Origin: Squalus acanthias
Taxonomy: Eukaryota
Direction of reading: 5' to 3'
Length of the DNA: 64,000 nt
Assembly (NCBI GenBank): GCA_030390025.1
Contig: CM059432.1
Span: forward strand, 109,556,001-109,620,000
In this document: one piece after another, positions 1 to 12,764 of the stretch
How positions within the stretch are numbered: the first letter of the stretch is position 1
How the letters are laid out: each line of letters starts with the position of its first letter
Translations under genes and position numbers: made by a program
Notes under the pieces: model-generated
Databases searched by the model: none
What the model was told of the DNA's origin: nothing
The model's input: the letters and a program-made list of their open reading frames with translations, nothing else

Positions 1-1920
1 GCTTAGGGTAGTGCAGTTGATGTAGTCTACATGGACTTCAGTAAGGCTTTTGACAAAGTCCCGCATGCGAGACTGGTCAAGAAGGTAAGAGCCCATGGGA
101 TCCAGGGCAATTTGGCACATTGGATCCAAAATTGGCTTAGTGGCAGGAGGCAAAGGGTGATGGTCGAAGGTTGTTTTTGTGACTGGAAGCCTGTGTCCAG
201 TGGTGTACCGCAGGGATCGGTGCTGGGTCCTTTGCTGTTTGTAGTGTACATTAATGATTTAGATATGAATGTAGGAGGTATGATCAGTAAGTTCGCAGAT
301 GACACGAAAATTGGTGGAGTGGCAAATAGCGAGGAGGGAAGCCTCAGGCTACAGGACGATATAGACGGGTTGGTCAGATGGACAGAGCAGTGGCAAATGG
401 AATTTAACACTGAAAAGTGTGGGGTGATGCATTTTGGGAGGACTAACAAGGCAAGGGAATACTCAATGAATGGTAGGATTCTAGGAAGGACAGAGGATCA
501 AATGGACCTTGGTGTGTATGTACATAGATCCCTGAAGGCAGCAGGACAGGTAGATAAGTTGGTTAAAAAGGCATATGGGATACTTGCCTTCATTAGCCAA
601 GGCATAGAATATAAGTGCAGGGAGGTTATGATGGAGCTGTACAAAACGCTAGTTAAGCCACAGCTGGAATACTGTGTGCAGTTCTGTTCGCCAGACTTTT
701 GGAAGGATGTGCAGAGGAGATTCACCAGGATGTTACCTGGGCTGGAGCGCTTCAGCTATGAAGAGAGACTGGACAGGCTGGGGTTGTTTTCCTCAGAGCA
801 GAGAAGGCTGAGGGGGGACCTGATTGAGGTGTACAAAATTATGAGGGGCATAGATAGGGTAGATAGAAAGGAACTTTTCCCCTTAGTAGAGGGGTCAATA
901 ACCAGGGGCAGGAGGTTTAGAGGGGATTTGAGGAAAAACTTTTTCACCCAGAGGGTGGTTGGAATCTGGAACTCACTGCCTGAAATGGTGGTAGAGGCAG
1001 GAATCCTCACAACATTCAAGAAGCATTTAGATGAGCACTTGAAACGCTATAGCATACAAGGCTACGGACCAAGTGCTGGAAAATGGGATTAGAATAGATA
1101 GGGCTTGATGGCCAGTGCAGACACGATGGGACGAAGGGCCTCTTTCTGTGCTGTATAACTCTATGGGGTAAAAATTCAGTTGGTTGCGCCTCCCGTTAGC
1201 GCATTAAGAGGGCGCTAATGGGGCGCAAAGCCGCTAACGCCCGGGCGCAGCGATGTTTGCGCCGCTCGGGAACTTAACTAGAGATTGTGCGGCGGCGCTA
1301 AACCTTACCGCTGCGACCACCTGCGCACGCAGATTGTGACGTCATTCCATGGTGCAACGCCCTTGTAGCGCCCCGGAGTGGAAATTGAGTGCCGCCCCCT
1401 GCCTTACCGCCTGGCGCATCCAACGACCGGAAGACTGGAACGCTATCAATCGCTGTGGGGCTGGGGGGGGGGCGCTATTTAAAGGGGGCCTCTTCCTGTC
1501 TTTTTCTGTGGTTGACATTTTTGCACCACTCGTTCTGAGAGAGAGAGAGAGATTCGGAGAGAGAGACTTCTGCATTGACTCAACGCTTTGTGAGGTAGTT
1601 TTGCCTACTGATCCTAACAGTTGCCCCCCCCCCGCTTTAAGAACTGGCCAGCGCCAGTGTGTCTGTGTTCCCTCGCTAACTGGCAGCAGCTGCGCTGCGC
1701 TCGCGCGCTGAGTTAGCGCCTCACTGCTCGGCCTTTGCGCCTTAAGACAGGTGTGCAGCGCCTGATTTAGCGCTCCACTCACCTCCCGGGGCGGTAAAAG
1801 TGAAGTTTCCAGTCAGTGGCGATAATTAGCGCCAGGCGCTAATATTTGCGTCCAGACGATATTTGCGCCCCAAATGGGGCGCGACCTAATTTTTCCCCCT
1901 ATGACTCTATGAATCTATGA
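1..1920 (+). mobile_element. CR1 LINE, 3' part of ORF2 (RT) plus 3' tail; tail split by the MITE at 1165-1899
   Basis: ORF 31..1092 has CR1 RT motifs (DFSKAFDKV, GVPQGSVLGP, FADD, LEYCVQF, FFTQRVV); tail repeats like (GACTCTAT/GAATCTAT) at 1900-1920. Confidence 0.95.
1165..1899 (+). mobile_element. PIF/Harbinger-type MITE, copy 1 (735 bp)
   Basis: TIRs GGGGTAAAAATT / AATTTTTCCCCC; 3-bp TSD TAT (1162-1164, 1900-1902); arms near-identical to 14925-15818 and 20902-21781. Confidence 0.9.
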
Positions 1921-3788
1921 GGGCGAGGGGGATTCTGAGGACCTTATCAGGCCAAAAATAGAAGTAGAAAATAAATTAATTCCACACAGGGAATGGTGTG
2001 CCAGCTTAAAAATGATAATTGATCCCTGTAATAAAAACAGAAAATGCTGGAAATACTCAGCAGGTCAGGCAGCATCTGTGGAGAGAGAAACTGAGTTAAC
2101 GATTCAGGTCAATAACCCTTCGTCAGAACTGGAAAAAGCTGGAGATGGAACAGGTTTTTAAGCAAGTGTAGGGGCAGAGAAAGGGGGGAGGAGAGGAAAG
2201 AACTAAAGGGAAGGCAGGAGAGATTAAGAGACAAATGGAATGATGGTGCCAAGGCAAAAGGAGATGGTAATGAGATAAGTTAAGTAACAAAAGATGCCTC
2301 TAGATGAAGTGTGAATGGCACTGGTAGAATGAAAGACAGCTGCCGTATGAGAGAGAGAAAAAAATAAATGGAAAAAAAGATAGGGGCAGAGGTTATGGTC
2401 TGAAATTGTTGAAGTCTATGTTGAGTCCAGAAGGCTGTAAAGTGCCTAATCGAAAGATGAGATGCTGTTCCTCGAGCTTACATTGAACTTCATTGGAACA
2501 GTGTAAGAGGCCGAGGACGGTGAGGTCTGAGTGGGAGTGGAGCGGAGAATTAAAGTGACAGGCGACCGGAAGCTCGGGGTCACCCTAACGGACTGAACGG
2601 AGGTGTTCCACAAAGCGGTCACCCAATCTGAGTTTGGTCTCCTCAATGCAGAGGAGACTGCATCGTGAGCAGCGAATACAGTATATTAAATTGCAAGAAG
2701 TACAAGTAAATTGCTGTTTCACCTGGAAGGGGTGTTTGGGGCCCTGGACAGTGGGAAGGGAGGAGGTAAAAGGGTAGATGTTGCATCTCCTGCTCTTGCA
2801 CGGGAAGGTGCCGGGTGAAGGGGAAGGGGTGTTGGGGGTGATAGAGGAGTGGACCAGGGTGTCGCGGAGAGCGCGGTCCCTTCAGAATGCTGAAAGGGGA
2901 GGTGAGAGGAAGATGTGTTTGGTGGTGGGATCACGCTGGAGGTGGCGGAAATGGCAGAGGATGATACATTGAATGTGGAGGCTGGTGGGGTGAAAGGTGA
3001 AGACCAGGGGAACCCTATCGTGGTTCTGGGAGGGAGGGGAAGCGGTGAGAGCAGAAGTGCGGGAAATGGAACGGACACGGTCAAGGGCCGTGTCAACCAC
3101 AGTAGAGGGGAATCCTCAGTTGAGGAAAAAGGAAGACATGTCGGAAGCACTAGTATGGAAGGTGGCATCGTCAGAACAGATGCGGCGGAGATGGAGAAAC
3201 TGGGTGAATGGAATAGAGTCCTTACAGGAAGCAGGGTGGGAGGAAGTGTAGTCCAGGTAGCTGTGGGAGTCAGTGGGTTTGTAGTAAATGTTTGTCAATA
3301 GCCTATCCCCAGAGATGGAGACGGAGAAGTCGAGGAAGGGAAGGGAAGAGTCGGAGATGGACCATGTGAAGGTGAGGGATGGGTGGAAATTGGAAGTGAA
3401 TAAAATTTTCTAGTTCAGGGCGAGAGCTGGAAACGGCACTGATACAATCATCAATGTACCGGAAAAAGAGATGAGGGAGGGGACCTGAGTAGGACTGGAA
3501 CAAAGAGTGTTCCACATATCCCACGAAAAGGCAGGCATAGCTAGGACCCTTGCGGGTTTCCATAGCAACACCGTTGAATTGGAGGAAGTGAGTGGAGTCA
3601 AAGCAGAAGTTGTTCAATGTGAGAATAAGTTCAGCAGGCGGAGGAGGGTGGTGGTGGATGGGGACTGGTTGGGCCACTGTTCAATACCGTGGGATATCAT
3701 AGAATCATAGAATCATAGAAAGTTACAGCATGGAAGAAGGCCATTTCAGCACATCGTGTCCGCGCCAGCCAACAATGAGTTATCCAGC

Positions 3789-6700
3789 CTAATCCCACTT
3801 CCCAGCTCTTGGTCCGTAGCCCTGCAGGTTACAGCATCCAAAGTGCACATCCAAGTATTTTTTAAATGTGGTTAGGGTTCCTGCCTCTACCACCCTTTCA
3901 GGCAGTGAGTTCCAGATCCCCACAACCCTCTGGGTAAAGAAATTCCCCCTCAAATCCCCTCTAAACCTTCCCCCAATTACTTTAAATCTGTGTCCCCTGA
4001 TTTTGACCCCTCTGCTAAGGGAAATGGGTCCTTTCTATCCACTTTATCTATGCCCCTCATAATTTTATACACCTCAATAAGGTCTCCCATCAGCCTCCTC
4101 TGTTCCAAGGAAAACAGACCCAGCCTATCCAGTCTTTCCTCATAGCTAAGATTCTCTACTCCCGGCAACATCCTTGTAAATCTCCTCTGTACCCTCTCTA
4201 GTGCAATCACATCTTTCCTGTAATGTGGTGACCAGAACTGCACGCAGTACTCTAGCTGAGGCCTAACTAGTGTTTTACACAGTTGAAGTACATTCCCATC
4301 GGTCTTGTACTCTATGCCACAGCTAATAAAGGCAAGCATTCCGTATGCCCTCTGAACCATCTTATCTACCTGGCCTGCTACCTTCAGGGATCTGTGGACA
4401 TGCACTCCAAGGTCCCTTTGTTACTCTACACGACTCAGTGTCCTACCAGTTAATGTGTATTATCTTTCCTTGTTAGCCCTCCCCAAATGCATTACCTCAC
4501 ACTTCTCCGGATTGAATTCCATTTGCCACTGTTCTGCCCTCCTGACCAATTTATTGATATCTTCCTGCAGTCTGCAGCTTCCTTCTTCAGTATCAACCAC
4601 ACAGCCGATTTTCGTATCATCTGCAAACTTCTTAATCATACCCCCTATATTCAAGTCTAGATCATTTATATATACCACAAAAAGCAATGGACCTTGTACT
4701 GAGCCCTGCAGAACCCCACTGGAAACAGCCTTCCAGTGACAAAAACACCCATCAACCATTACCCTCTGCTTCCTGTCTCCGAGCCAGTTTTGAATCCAAC
4801 TTGTCACTTTGGCCTGGATCCCATGGGCTTTTGACTTCATGACCAGTCTGCCATGTGGAACCTTATAAAAAGCCTTGCTAAAGTCCATATACACTACATC
4901 AAATGCACTACCCTCATCTATCCTCCTTGTTAACACCTCAAAAAATTCAATCAAGTTTGTCAGACATGACCTTCCTTTAACAAACTGTGCTGACTATCCT
5001 TGATTAATCCGTGTCTTTCTAAATGTAGATTTATCCTGTCCTTCAGAATTCTTTCCAATAATTTTCCCACCACTGAGGTTAGGCTGACTGGCCTGTAATT
5101 ACTCGGTCTATCCTTTTCTCCCTTTTTAAACAAGGGTACCACATTAGCAGTCCTCCAGTCCTCCGGCACCACACCTGAAGCCAGAGAGGATTGAAAAATG
5201 ATGGTCAGGGCCTCAGCTATTTCCTCTTTTGCTTCGCTTAACAGCCTGGGATACATTTCATCCGGGCCTGGGGATTTATCCACTTTTAAAGCTGCTAAAC
5301 CCCTTAATACTTCCTCTCCCACTATGTTTATTTCATCTAATATTTCACACTCCTCCACCCGATAGCAATGTCTGCTTCGCCCCTCTCCTTTGTGAAAACA
5401 GACGCAAAGTATTCATTAAGAACCCTACTGACGTCTCCCGCCTCCACACACAGAATACCCTCATGATCTCTAATAGGCCCTACCCTTTCTTTAGTTATCC
5501 TCTTACTCTTAATATATTTATAAAACATCCTTGCCTTTTCCTTGATTTTACTTGCCAAGAATTTTCCATGCTCTCTCTTTGCTTTCCTAATATCCTTTTT
5601 AATTACACCCCTGCACTTTCTGTACTCCTCTAAAGATTCTGCAGTATTTAGTCCTCGGTATCTGTCATACGCCTCCCTTTTTTTTATCCTACCCTGTATG
5701 TTCCTAGACATCCAGGGGGCTCTAGATTTGTTAGTCCCACCTTTTCTCTTTAAGGGCACATATTTGGTCTGAATCCTCCGGATCTCCTCCTTGAATGCCT
5801 CCCACTGCTCTGACACTGATATCCCTTCAAGTAGCTGTTTCCAGTCCACTATGGCTAAATCCCCTCTGAGCTTAGCAAAATTTGCTTTTCCCCAATTTAG
5901 AACTTTTATTCCTGGTCTATCCTTGTCCTTTTCCATAACTACCTTAAATCTAAGACATAGTCCAGGCGGAGGCCATGACCCCAGTACCGAACATCAAACC
6001 ATGTTTCCAAGACTGTCACTGACCTCATCTCCTCTGGAGATCTTCCCTCCATGGCTGCCAACCTCATAGTTCCCCAACCCTGCACAGCCTGCTTCTACCT
6101 CCTTCCCAAGATCCACAAACAGGACTGCCCTGGTAGACCCATCGTTTCCACCTTTTCTTGCCCCACAGAACTTATCTCTTCCTATCTCGACTCTATTTTT
6201 TCTCCCCTTGTGCAGTCTCTTCCCACCTCCATCCGCGACTCTTCCGATGTTCTCCGCCACTTTAACAGTTTCCAGTTTCCTGGTTCCAAACGTCTCCTTT
6301 TCACTATGGACATCCAATCCCTGTACACCTCCATCTCCCACCAGGATGGCCTGAGGGCGCTCTGCTTCTTCCTTGGGGTAGTTGAAATCCCTTACTATTA
6401 CTGCCCTATAGTTTTTGCACTTCTCAGAAGTTTGTCTACATAATAGGTCTTCTATCTCCCTCTCACTGTTTGGGGTTCTGTGGTACACTCCCAGCAGTGT
6501 GATCGCCCCTTTTTTGTTTTTCAGTTCGACCCATATGGTCTCGTTTGATGATCCCTCCAACATATCATCCCTCCTCACAGCTGTAATAGTTTCTTTAATC
6601 AATACTGCGACCCCCCCTCCCTTTTTACCTCCCTCTCTATCCCGTCTGAAAATCCTGTAACCAGGAATGTTGAACTGCCATACCTGCCCCTCTTTCAGCC

Positions 6701-6900
6701 ACATCTCTGTAATAACTATAATATCATAGTCCCAAGTATCTACCTGTGCCCTCAGCTCATCTGCCTTGTTTGCTATACTCCTTGTATTGAAGTATATACC
6801 ATTTAGTACAGGCAAACCTCCTTGTTGACTACTATCTAGCCCTTGATTCCTCTGTCCTTCCAATTTACTTTCTACTTTTTTGTTTTCCAATTCCAGTTTT
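3789..6900 (-). pseudogene. CR1 ORF2 (AP endonuclease + reverse transcriptase), frameshifted; part of the endonuclease replaced by a Penelope fragment
   Basis: NTRSIANK, ITEMWL, RRDR..GGGVA, KSPGPD, NYRPVSLTS, FADD across consecutive ORFs. Confidence 0.9.
5953..6375 (+). mobile_element. Penelope RT N-terminal fragment inside the CR1
   Basis: ORF 6051..6443: FYLLPKIHK..PGRPIVS..FTMDIQSLYTSI, typical of Penelope-like RT. Confidence 0.88.
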
Positions 6901-6949
6901 TCTTCCCTCCCTATTGACTCTACACTTAGGTTCCCATCCCCCTGCCAAG

Positions 6950-7892
6950 CTAGTTCAAACCCTCCCCAACAGCACTTGCAAACCCTCCCGCGAGGGTATG
7001 GGTCCCGTTCCCATTGAGGTGCAATCCATCTGGCTTGTAGAGGTCCCACCTCCCCCTGAAACGGTTCCAATTCCTGAAGAATCTAAAGCCCTCCCTCCTA
7101 CACCATCTCTCCAGCCACGCATTCATCTGCTCTATCTTCCTATTTCTGTACTCACTATCACATGGTTCTGGTAGTAATCCGGAGATTACTACCTTTGAGG
7201 TCCTGTTTTTTAACCTCTTTCTTAGCTCCCTAAACTCTGCCTGCAGGACCTCATCCCTCTTCCTACCTATGGCATTGGTACCAATATGGACCACGACCTC
7301 TGGCTGATCACCCTCCCCCCTCAGAATGCCCTGCAGCTGTTCAGTGACATCCTTGACCAGAGAGGCAACATACCATCCTGGAGTCACATCTGCAGCCGCA
7401 GAAACACCTGTCTGCTCCCCTAACTATTGAATCCCCTATCACTGTTGCTCTCCCTCTCCTCTCCCCCCCCCCCCCCGCCTCTGCAGCTGAGCCTTCCATG
7501 GTGCTGTGGACTTGGCTCTGGCTGCACTCCCCAGAGGAACCATCGCCCTCACCAGTACTCAGCACCGAATACTGGTTGGTGAGCAAGATGGGCTCAGGGG
7601 ACTCCTGCACTATGCCTGGTCCTCCTCTTCTGTCTGACGGTCACCCATTCCCTCTCTGCCTGCACACTCTTAAGCTGTGGGGTGACCACCGAAACGTGCT
7701 ATCCACGTAGCTCTCAACCTCGCGGATGCACAGCAGTGACTGCAGCCGCCGCTCAAGCTCCGTAACCCGTTGCTCGAGCTGCTGTAGCTGGCAACACTTC
7801 CCGCACATGTGGTCGTCCAGACCACGGGAGGTGTCCAGCACTTCCCACATGGCACAGGATGTGCATTCCACGGGTGTGAGCTGCCCTGCCAT
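6950..7892 (-). pseudogene. CR1 ORF1 (Cys zinc finger, coiled coil, SGNH/GDSL esterase), frameshifted
   Basis: VECTSCAMWEV..HMCGKC, heptad repeat, VIGDSIVRG, HIGTN, DGLHLN across ORFs 7641..7949, 7341..7610 and 6950..7387. Confidence 0.9.
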
Positions 7893-8107
7893 AGCTCTAA
7901 TTAACAGACTATTTACTAACCTAGCTGGAAGAAAGCCAAGTAAAAACACTTACCAGATACTCACGAATCAGCTCCCTCTTTTTGAACGTTTAGTTTTTAG
8001 TCCCGGCTCTTAATTTAAACCAATGCCCAAGATAAAGAGAGAAATACTGACCAATCAATCACTTCCCTGCTTTCCTGTGACGTCACTCCTTGTTTTTGTT
8101 GTCAGAT

Positions 8108-8270
8108 CCGCTGCCTCTGCTCTCGGGCCTCGCTCTGCCACGCTCTTTATATCCTCAGGCTCCACTCTCGCTCCCTCTCAAGTCCGCTGCCTCCGCTCTC
8201 GGGCCTCGCTCTGCCGCGCTCTTTATATCCTCAGGCTCCACTCTCCCTCCCTCTCAGGTTCTCTGCCTCC
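8108..8270 (-). repeat. ~76-bp tandem monomers at the CR1 5' end
   Basis: Unit starts at 8108 and 8184 (CCGCTGCCTC...); each has a TATAAAG-like motif on the minus strand. Confidence 0.8.
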
Positions 8271-9670
8271 GATATGTGGAACATTCTTTGTTGCAGTCCT
8301 ACTCAGGTCCCCTCCCTCACCTCTTTTTCCGGTACATTGATGACTGTATTGGTGCTGTTTCCTGCTCTCGCCCTGAACTAGAAAATTTCATTCACTTTGC
8401 TTCCAATTTCCACCCTTCCCTCACCTTCACATGGTCCATCTCTAACTCTTCCCTTCTCTTCCTCGACTTCTCTGTCTCCATCTCTGGGGTTGGGTTATTG
8501 ACAAACATTCACTACAAGCCCACTGACTCCAACACCTACCTGGACTACACTTCCTCCCACCCTGCTTCCTGTAAGGACTCTATTTCATTCTCCCAGTTTC
8601 TCCATCTCCGCCGCATCTGCTCTGACGATGCCACCTTCCATACTAGTGCTTCCGACATGTCTTCCTTTTTCCTCAAATGAGGATTCCCCTCTACTGTGGT
8701 TGACACGGGCCTTGTCCATGTCCGTTCTATTTCCCGCACTTCTGCTCTCACCCCTTCCCCTCCCTCCCAGAACCACGATGGGGTTCCCCTCACCTTTCAC
8801 CCAACCAGCCACCACATTCAATGGATCATCCTCTGCCATTTCCGCCACCTCCAGCGTGATCCCACCATCAAACACATCTTCCCCTCACCTCCCCTTTCAG
8901 CATTCCGAAGGGACCGCTCCCTCTGCGACACCCTGGTCCACTCCTCTATCACCTCCAACACCCCTTCCCCTTCGCTCGGCACCTTCCCGTGCAAGCGCAG
9001 GAGATGCAACACCTGCCCTTTTACCTCCTCCCTTCCCACTGTCCAGGGCCCCAAACACCCCTTCCAGGTGAAACATCGATTTACTTGTACTTCTGACAAT
9101 TTAGTATACTGTATTCGCTGCTCACGATGTAGTCTCCTCTACATTGGGGAGACCAAACGCAGATTGGGTGACCGCTTTGCGGAACACCTCCGTTCAGTCC
9201 GTAAGGGTGGTTCCGAGCTTACGGTCACCTGTCACTTTAATTCTCTGCTCCACTCCCACTCAGACCTCACTGTCCTCGGCCTCTTACACTGTTCCAATGA
9301 AGCTCAACGTAAGCTCGAGGAACAGCACCTCATCTTCCGATTAGGCATTTTACAGCCTTCTGGACTCAACATAGAGTTCAACAATTTCAGACCATAACCT
9401 CTGCCCCTATCTTTTTTTCCATTTTTTTTCTCTCTCACATGGCAGCTGTCTTTCATTCTACCAGTGCCATTTACACTTCATCTAGAGCCATCTTTTGTTA
9501 CTTAACTTATCCCATTACCATCTCCTTTTGCCTTGCACCATCATCCCTTTTGTCACTTAATCTCTCCTGCCTTCCATCCTATCACAGACCTTCCCTTTTG
9601 TTCTTTCCTCCCCTCCCCCCTTTCCCTGCCCCTGCAGTTGCTTAAAAACCTGTTCCATCTCCAGCTTTTT

Positions 9671-9712
9671 CCAGTTCTGACGAAGGGTCATCGACCTGAA
9701 ACATTAACTCTG
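9671..9712 (+). ncRNA. Minimal type-I hammerhead ribozyme motif in the Penelope terminal repeat (homologues at ~2091-2132 minus, ~27250-27290 minus, ~37038-37078 minus)
   Basis: AGTT-CTGACGA-stem(AGGGTC ATC GACCT)-GAAAC(G/A)TT-AACT; the 37038-37078 copy keeps the palindromic GAAACGTT core. Confidence 0.7.
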
Positions 9713-11755
9713 TTTCTCCCTCCACAGATGCTGCCTGACCTGCTGAGTATTTCCAGCATTATCTGTTTTTATTTCAGATTTCCAGCATCCGCAGCATTTT
9801 GCTTTTGTAATTGATCCCTGTGTTGCTTAACTCTTTGTGGTCTTTAGGAAGCCTTTAACAGAATCCATACCTGCTCTCAAAAGGTGTGAGATCTGTTGGA
9901 CCTTAAAGATATGAGCTGGGTGGAATTGCTTGGATTGTCCAGGAACACCCTTAGACATGGCACCAGACTGCTGCTTGAACATGGGGAAGCAAGAGGAAAA
10001 TGAGCAGAAAGATTCCCTTTGCTTCCTTGCCCCAAACCAGGATTCCCTACACAAATCAAATGGCCCAGAAACCCAACAGATCTGTGATTTGCCCCAAATT
10101 ACCCCATCTTCTCTTTCCTAACCCCTGTAATTACCATCCCAATGGGTTTATGAGCCAGGAGATCAACCAAACCTGGGAGTCTTCAGTTTATTGGAGAAGG
10201 GAAGGCTCCACATAAAACAAGTGAGGATGTGAGGCTGACAGTGATGGTGGTTAACCTGGACCTAGATGGAAGTAATGAGGTCCTGAGCTGTGCTTTTAAG
10301 CATCTTACGTCAGTTTGCAGTGCACGGCATTCCAGGGACATGGTGACATCATGTATGGCACAAACTCCTTTCAGTTTTGAATCCAGCCTGCATTGAGATA
10401 ACAAAAGACTCTTCCCAAGTATCTTGGAGGAAAGAATTTGGACAATTGCACACCAATCCCATCATGATCGCGGGACCTGAGCACAAAACTTGCCCACAAT
10501 TTGGTACTGATTGGCAATCTCACTCGCAAACTGCATAAGTGGCTGCTTGTGCATCTTCTGAAATTAGCATATTTTCTATCAGTAATTTTATCGCCCATTT
10601 ATCAACAAATTTAATATTACAGTCTAGGCGTTAAGGGTCCCTAAATGCTGCTCAATGTGGGTTTAGCACAACAATAAATGATTACTGCCAGTCAACTGTA
10701 AACACTGACCTAGGAAATATTGGGGCAGAAATCAATAGACCTGCACAATTCTGCATATTCCAAATTTTGAAATAGCACGTGACACCAATACTGTAAGTTA
10801 CATAGCATCATAGAATGACACAGCACAGAAGGAGGCCATTCAGCCTATCGTGCCTGTGCCAGCTCTTTGAAAAGAGCTATTCAATTAGTCCCACTCCCCT
10901 GCTCCTTCCCCATAGCCTGGCAAATATTTGCTTTTCAAGTATTTATCCAATTCCCTTTTGAAAGTTATTACTGAATCTGCTTCCAACACCCTTTCAGGCA
11001 GTGTGTTCCAGATCACAACAACTCACTGCATAATTTTTTTTCCTCATGTCACCTCTGGTTCTTTTCCCAATCACCTTCTATCTGTGTCCTCTGTTTACCG
11101 ACCCTTCTGCCACTGGAAACAGTTTCTCCTTATTTATCAAAACCCTTCAAGATTTTGAACACCTCTATCAAATCTCCCCTTAACCTTCTCTGCTCTAAGG
11201 AGAGCAACCCCAGTTTCTCTAGTCTCTCCACATAACTGGAGTCTTTCATCCCTGGTACCATTCTAGTAAATCTCTTCTGCACCCTCTCTATGGCCTTGAC
11301 ATCCTTCCTAAAGTGTGGTGCTCAGAATGGGCTACAATACTCCAGCTGGGGCCTAACCAGTGTTTTTTAAAGGTTTAGCATTACCTCCTTGCTTTTGTAC
11401 TCTATTTCTCTATTGATAAAGTCCAGCATCCCGTGTGCCTTTTTAACCGTTTTCTCAACTTGTCCTGCTACCTTCAAAGATTTAGGTACGTATACCCCTA
11501 GGTCTCTCTGTTCCTGCACCCGCTGTAAAATTGTATCATTTAATTTATATTTCCTCTCCTCATTCTTCCTACCAAAATGAATCATTTCATACTTCTCTGC
11601 GGTAAATTTCATCTACCAGGTGTCTGCCCATTTCACCAGTCTGCCTATGTCCTCCTGAAGTCTGTTACTATCCTCCTCACTGTTTACAATATTTCAGAGT
11701 ATCATGTCATCTGCACTCTTTGAAATTATGGCCGGTATACCCAAGTCCAGGTCAT

Positions 11756-12764
11756 AGAATCATAGAATGGTTACAGCACAGAAGGAGGCCATTCGGCCAG
11801 TTGAGCCAGTGCCAGCTCTCTGCAAGAGCACTTCAGCTAGTCCCACTCCCCCACCCTTTCCCCGTAGCCCTGCAATTTATTTTCCTTCAGGTACTTATCC
11901 AATTCCCTTTTGAAAGCCACGATTGAATCTGCCTCCATCACCCTCTCAGGCAATGCATTCCAGATCCTAACCACTCGCTGAGTAAAAATGTTTTTCCTCA
12001 TGTCGCCTTTGGTTCTTCTGCCAATCACCTTAAATCTATGACCTTCCGCCAATGGGAACAGTTTCTCTCTATCTACTTTGTCTAGACTCCTCATGATTTT
12101 GAGCACCTTTATCAAATCTCCTCTCAACCTTCTCTGCTCTAAGGAGAACAACCCCAGTTTCTCCAGTCTATCCATGTAACTGAAGTCCCTCATCCCTGGA
12201 TCCATTCTTGTAAATCTTTTCTGCACCCTTCACATCCTTCCTAAAGTGCGGTGCCCAGAATTGGACACAATACTCCAGTTGAGGCCGAACCAGTGTTTTA
12301 TAAAGGTTCATCATAACATTCTTGCTTTTGTACTCTTTGTACCCGTATGCTTTTTTAACCGCTTTCTCAACCTGCCGTGCCACCTTCAATGATTTGTGCA
12401 CATATACCTCCATCAAGAAACTCAATCAAGTTAGTTAAACACGATTTGCCTTTAACAAATCCGAGCTGGCTTTCCTTAATTAATCCACACTTGTTAATGT
12501 TGTCTCAGATTATCGTTTCTAAAAGCTTCCCCACAACTGAGGTTAAACTGACTGGCCTGTAGTTGCTGGGTTTATTCTTGCACCCTTTTTTGAACAAGGG
12601 TGTAACATTTGCAGTTCTCCAGTCCTCTGGCACCACCCCTGTATCTAAGGAGGATTTGAAGTTACTGCACCTGGTATTACCAGGCGGTCTCCCATCCCAG
12701 TACTAACCAGGTCTGACCCTGCTTTGCTTCCAAGATCAGGCGTATCCATAGGAGTGTGGCCATA
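11756..12764 (-). mobile_element. Chimeric 5S rRNA-CR1 retroposon (5S head, internally deleted CR1, own tail)
   Basis: 5S-like 12661-12764 joined to CR1 FKSSLDTGVVPEDW; deletions near 12410, 12340 and 12228; ATTCTATG tail at ~11756-11768. Confidence 0.75.
12661..12764 (-). pseudogene. 5S rRNA-derived sequence (about 10-nt internal deletion)
   Basis: Reverse complement GGAAGCAAAGCAGGGTCAGACCTGGTTAGTACTGGGATGGGAGACCGCCTGGTAATACCAGGTGC closely matches vertebrate 5S rRNA, including the internal control region. Confidence 0.9.

Larger units (their letters stand above)
3698..8270 (-). mobile_element. Full-length CR1 LINE (degraded)
   Basis: 5' tandem repeats, ORF1, ORF2 (APE + RT), (ATTCTATG)n tail at 3698-3720; 5-bp TSD GATAT at 3693-3697 and 8271-8275. 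Confidence 0.93.
2030..9807. mobile_element. Penelope-like (GIY-YIG) retroelement insertion with inverted arms (arm A 2030-3684 minus; arm B 3688-3697 plus 8271-9807 plus), interrupted by a full-length CR1
   Basis: RT motif FRYIDD; GIY-YIG region LVYCIRC...YIGETKRRLGDRFAEH...GLN (8696..9397); 14-bp TSD TAATTGATCCCTGT at 2016-2029 and 9808-9821. Confidence 0.9.

Noticed and set aside
27..449. Recurrent antisense ORFs over the CR1 RT (also 4455, 14339, 22265 and others)
   Set aside because: Shadow frames of the RT coding sequence, repeated only because the LINE is repeated.
1342..1782. ORFs inside the MITE copies (also 15045-15592 and 21079-21555)
   Set aside because: GC-rich chance ORFs; they differ between copy 1 and copies 2/3 and have no domain motifs.
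8090..8680. CR1-UTR/Penelope RT fusion ORF as a real gene
   Set aside because: It is a product of the CR1 insertion junction and ends at a premature stop.
12661..12764. Functional 5S rRNA gene
   Set aside because: It has an internal deletion and substitutions, no T-run terminator, is single-copy and is fused to CR1.
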